Positions 59,672 to 64,000 of a stretch of 64,000 nucleotides of DNA are shown one piece after another. How positions within the stretch are numbered: position 1 is the stretch's first letter; every line of letters begins with the position of its first letter. The stretch is from Trichodelitschia bisporula (taxonomy: Eukaryota). A model generated the notes under the pieces. That model was not told where the DNA came from. It made no database searches and saw only the letters and a program-made list of their open reading frames with translations. A program made the translations under genes and the position numbers. Where the stretch lies: positions 1-64,000 of the forward strand of contig ML996703.1 in assembly GCA_010356995.1 (NCBI GenBank), given 5' to 3'.

Positions 59672-61521
59672 ATGAGCGACTCTGAGGACGCCGCTCCCCG
59701 TGTGGCCATTGGCATCACCTTTGGCAACTCTTACAGCTCTATTTCGCACACCACTGTCGTATGTTCCCCCGCCGCATGCAGAGGCACCACTAACAGCAGC
59801 AGGAAGGCAGAGCGGAGGTCATCGCGAACGAGGAGGGCGGTGCGTAGGCTACGACATAGAGAAGCAGTACTGACGTGCATAGATCGCCAAATCCCCTCTA
59901 TCCTCTCCTACATCGACGGTGAAGAGTTCCAGGGCACGCAGGCTAAGGCTCAGCTGGTGCGGAATGCGAAGAACACGGTTGCCTACTGGAGAGACTTCCT
60001 AGGCAAGAGGTAGGTCTCATATTTTATACATCGTCCTTCACGGCATCCGCTTATCCCACACCCTCCAGCTTTGAATCCGTCGACCCCACGCCCTGCCACC
60101 AGTCCGCCCATCCGATCGCGCACGACAAGACAGTCGCCTTTTCGATACACGACTCCGAATCCGAAGAGCCGAACAATGTCACGGTGTCTGAAATCACAAC
60201 TCGCCATCTGCGCCGCCTCAAGGACTCGGCCTCGGACTTCCTCGGGAAGCAGGTCACAGCAGCGGTCATGACGGTGCCCACAAACTTCGCCGAGGTCCAA
60301 AAAGACGCACTCCGTGAGGCGGCTCAGAATGCCGGTATCGAGGTGCTGCAGTTCATCAATGAGCCTGTTGCGGCGCTGCTCGCCTACGATGCGCGTCCTG
60401 AGGCTAAGCTCGCGGACAAGATCGTCGTCGTTGCGGACCTCGGTGGCACGCGCTCTGATGTGGCAGTGATTGCCTCGAGGGGCGGTGTGTACACGCTACT
60501 CGCCACGTCCCACGACTGGGAGGTTAGCGGGTCGAAGCTCGACGAGGCTCTCATGGACCACTTCGCGAAGGAATTCCGTAAAAAGTACAACACGGCGGGT
60601 GACCCGCGCAAGGACGAGCGGTCGTTGGCTAAGCTGCGTCTCGAGTCCGAGGCGGTCAAGAAGGCGCTCAGCCTGGGCTCTACGGCGTCGTTCTCCGTTG
60701 AGTCGCTCTCCGCCGGCATCGATTTCACGGCCACCATCACGCGTACGCGCTTCGAACTGCTTGCCCGTGCCCACTTCGCCGCCATTACCCGCCTCATTCA
60801 ATCGACGGTCGAGAAGGCGGGTCTCGACCCGCTCGATGTCTCTGAGATTGTGCTCTGCGGCGGTACCTCGCACGTTCCCCGTGTCGCTACCAGCCTTCAG
60901 TCCGCCTTCCCCGAGAAGACGGTCGTGTGGGCGCCCGCCACGCGGACCGACGCCATTAACCCGTCCGAGCTCGTCGCCCGCGGCGCCGCCATCCAAGCCA
61001 GTCTGGTCGCCGACTTCGACCAGGAGGACATTAGGGAGTCGTGCCACCCCGTCGTCACCGTGACGCCGCACCTCAAGGACGCCATCGGCGTGCTCGCCGT
61101 GTCCGGCGACGAGCGGGGCCACGGCAAATTCGTCCCCATCGTGCTTGCCAGTACGTCCGTGCCCGTGCGCCGCACTGCTATCATCAACGGGCCTCCCGCT
61201 GGTGGCGACGTGTTGATTAAGATCTGCGAGGGGAGCAAGCGGATCCATGTCGAGCACAAGGAAAAGAAAGAGCGCGAGCCGGTTGAGGCGGATAGCGATG
61301 ATAGCGATGCCGAGCTCAGCGAGGATGAGGAGCCGATTAAGTCGGAGGTGTGGCATACGGAGCGCGTCATTGCTGAGGCGGCGCTGCGTGGCGTGGCTAA
61401 GGGTGCGAAGATCGAGGTCCAGATCAATGTTGGCCCGGATACGGGGTTGACAATTGTTGCGCGCGAGGTGGGCGGGAAGGCGTCGGTGCGGGGCAGCGTG
61501 CCGGCGTATGAGGAGTCGTGA
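59672..61521 (+). CDS. SSZ1: Atypical Hsp70 of the ribosome-associated complex, Ssz1, 4 exons
   Basis: GITFGNSYSSI, VIANEEGDRQIPS, INEPVAALLAY, VADLGGTRSD; short C-terminus with acidic loop and no lid. Introns 59759-59802, 59840-59882, 60010-60068. Confidence 0.95.
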
Positions 61522-61882
61522 TGAGGGGGCGGAGGGTAGACATGGGATGGAGTTCGTTCGTGGTTCTAGAGGCGGGTTTGACGTCTCTGGGGATAGAAGA
61601 AATGAGACTTGCCATTGTTACGTGCGGATGTTCGTCGCGAAGTCCTCAAGTCGGTAGGCAACGGTTATATGCCCGTTTCGGAATCATGCCGCTCATGGTT
61701 ATCCGGATACGGCGCCGTGGCTTGCTGTGTAAGCACTAATCGATGCCCTGCCCCACTTGGCAACGGGCGATCGCTAGGCAGCAGAAGTCGGTGCTCTGAT
61801 ATACGCCTGATCGCTGCGTACTCGGCGCATTAACATTCCGCCCGCCCTTACCCCAACCCTAACCTCCCGCCGCCCACTAGAC

Positions 61883-61884
<2 letters not shown>

Positions 61885-61939
<55 letters not shown>

Positions 61940-61966
61940 ACCCCCCCCCCCCCTTCCCCCCCCCCC
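61885..61966. repeat. Poly-C tract immediately upstream of the transcription factor start codon
   Basis: C55-A-C13-TT-C11, then AAC-ATG. Confidence 0.95.
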
Positions 61967-61969
61967 AAC

Positions 61970-64000
61970 ATGTCCTCCTCCGCGGCAATCCAAAAGCGCG
62001 CCCGCCAGCAACTAAGCTGCACCTTCTGCCGCGCCGGCAAGCTACGCTGCGACCGCAAACTTCCCTGCGACCAATGCACCAAGCGCGCGCGCTCCGGCGC
62101 ATGTGCGTACCTCGCGCCCCCGCCGAAGAAGAAACAGTCCCGCAACACCAAGGACCGCATTGCGCACCTCGAGGGCCTGGTCGTGCAGCTTATGAGCCAG
62201 GGTGGCGGGCCGACGCCGGAGACCACGCCCCCGTCGCAGTCGCAGGGGAGTAGTGAGAGTGAGATGGAGGAAAGGAAGGAAGCGGTGAGGACGGAGCCGG
62301 ATGCGAATGGGTTTGGGCAGATGAAGATCAGTAATGGGGAGACGTGTTATGTGGGGAGTGCGCATTGGGAGGCGATACTGGAGAGTGTAGGTGCTGCTTT
62401 TATGGGGTGTGAGGGTGCGGCGGCTGATGAGCGTAGATTGCAGAAGTTAAGGAGGCGCTGCAGGACGACGATGACGAGCACGAACCTGATCCCGAGGCCG
62501 AAACGCCGGATACGCTGCAGTTGTTGATGCTAGGCGTCCCGGCATCAGTCACACGCGCGGACCTCCTCCGCGAGATTCCGGCGAAGAGCGTGTGCGACAC
62601 GCTCCTGTGGCACTGGTTCAACAGCAACGACCCAGCAATGCGTACGTCCTTACGCTCACGCCCCCAGCAGCAGCTACAGCTAACACCGCACAGCCGCGAT
62701 CCACCGCCCAACCTTCCTCTCCGAATACGAGCAGCTATGGAAAGAACCGAAGCGGCTACCGACAATGTGGCTCGCCCTCTTCTTCAACATCCTAACCCTC
62801 GGCTGCCGCATCGTGCAGCACATAAACCTAGGCCAGCACTCCGCAGAAGCCGAATTCGGCTCCGCAGACCGGTATCAGAATCTTGCGGCCGCGGCGCTGG
62901 CTTTGGGGGACTACATGCGCCTGCGGAAGTACACAGTCGAAGCGCTCCTCACGCACGCCAGCTGCGAATACATGAAACAACCCGAGTTACCCACGCGCAT
63001 CTGGATGCTAACCGCGCTGCTGATCCGCGTCGCGCTGCGCATGGGCTACCACCGCGACCCGAGCCACTACCCCAACATAACGCCGTTTGAAGGCGAGATG
63101 CGCCGCCGGTGCTGGGTCATTATTTACACGTACGATGTGCTCGGCTCGTTTCAGCTCGCGTTGCCGGGCATGGCGCGGCACATACAAGCTGACATCGGCC
63201 CGCCGTCGAATCTCCTAGACACGGATTTCGGGCCTGAGACCAAGGAATTGCCGCCCTCGCGGCCGTTTAACGAGCTCTCGGCCGTGAGCTACTGTCTGAC
63301 CAAGTGCCACTACACGCGGATCTTCGCTGACGCATCGGAAATCTCGCACGCAGTCAACCTGCCGGACTACGACGAGGTCGAACGGCTCGACGCCGCGCTG
63401 CAAAAGATCTACGACGACACGCCCCCGATCCTCAAATTCCGTCCCCTGGACCAATCCATCCTGGACCCGCCCGCCCTCATCTTCAACCGCTTCAAGCTCG
63501 AACTCCTCAGCCACAAAACGCGCTGCATCCTCCACCGCCGGTATCTAATCGACGACCTACCGGACCCGCGCATGCGCGCCTCGCGCCGCATCTGCGTCGA
63601 GTCCGCCATGAAGCTCCTCGACCACCTGATTACAACCTACGATGCGGCGCGCGAGGGCGGACAGCTCAGCATCGTACGCAGCTTCATGGCCTCCCTCAGC
63701 TCGCACGATTTCCTGTTAGCCGCCATGGTGCTATGTCTCGAACTCAATGCCGTGAGCAAGCCGTCCTTCGCCGCGATAAGGGATGACTGGGCGGATGTGG
63801 GGGAGATGAAACGCCTCCTGCACACGGCGTACTCGGTGTATAAGCACCCGTTTGGCAGCGAGGCGGAGGCGGAGAAGGCGCGGAGGGCCATGGCTGTGAT
63901 GCTAAGGCGCCTGGACGGTGAGTCGTCCGTGCGCGCGGTGGGAAGTGCTAACGAGCTAGATGTGCCCGAGTCGCCAGAGCCGCCGTCGGTGCCGCAGACG
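61970..64000 (+). CDS. Zn(II)2Cys6 transcription factor with fungal-specific middle domain (3'-truncated by window)
   Basis: CTFCRAGKLRCDRKLPCDQCTKRARSGAC; YVGSAHWEAIL; introns 62387-62436 and 62642-62693; ALRMGYHRDP...FEGEMRRRCW. Confidence 0.96.

Overview
Eukaryotic, GC-rich filamentous ascomycete DNA (Pezizomycotina, tentatively Dothideomycetes-like). Introns are very short (mostly 41-55 nt, GT-AG, CTRAC branch points), so most genes are split across several ORF-track entries. I assembled about 25 protein-coding genes by hand. Housekeeping/signalling genes: MGR2/Romo1 (almost invisible in the ORF track), SLMAP/Far9-like FHA protein, LIP2, Rpp20/Pop7, MARVEL protein, Tea1/Kel1, KOG1/raptor, Gemin2/Brr1-like, HAD-IIA hydrolase, SSZ1 and a Zn2Cys6 transcription factor. 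Two accessory stretches: MFS + sugar porter + GH16 + CE1 esterase (12.8-21.2 kb), and four co-oriented secreted genes (39.6-48.9 kb: GPI mucin, PHM/DBH-like putative copper monooxygenase, Pro-rich alpha/beta-hydrolase, cutinase with a Met/His tail). Most interesting: the secreted PHM-like protein (HH...HxH...M copper-ligand pattern), a GH16 whose ExDxE catalytic motif has become DxDxD, a membrane-anchored intradiol-dioxygenase-like protein ending in a LAMP-type GYxxI signal, and a non-GTPase polybasic-CaaX protein. No tRNA, rRNA, CRISPR or intact transposon was recognised. All family calls are from motif recognition, not database searches.
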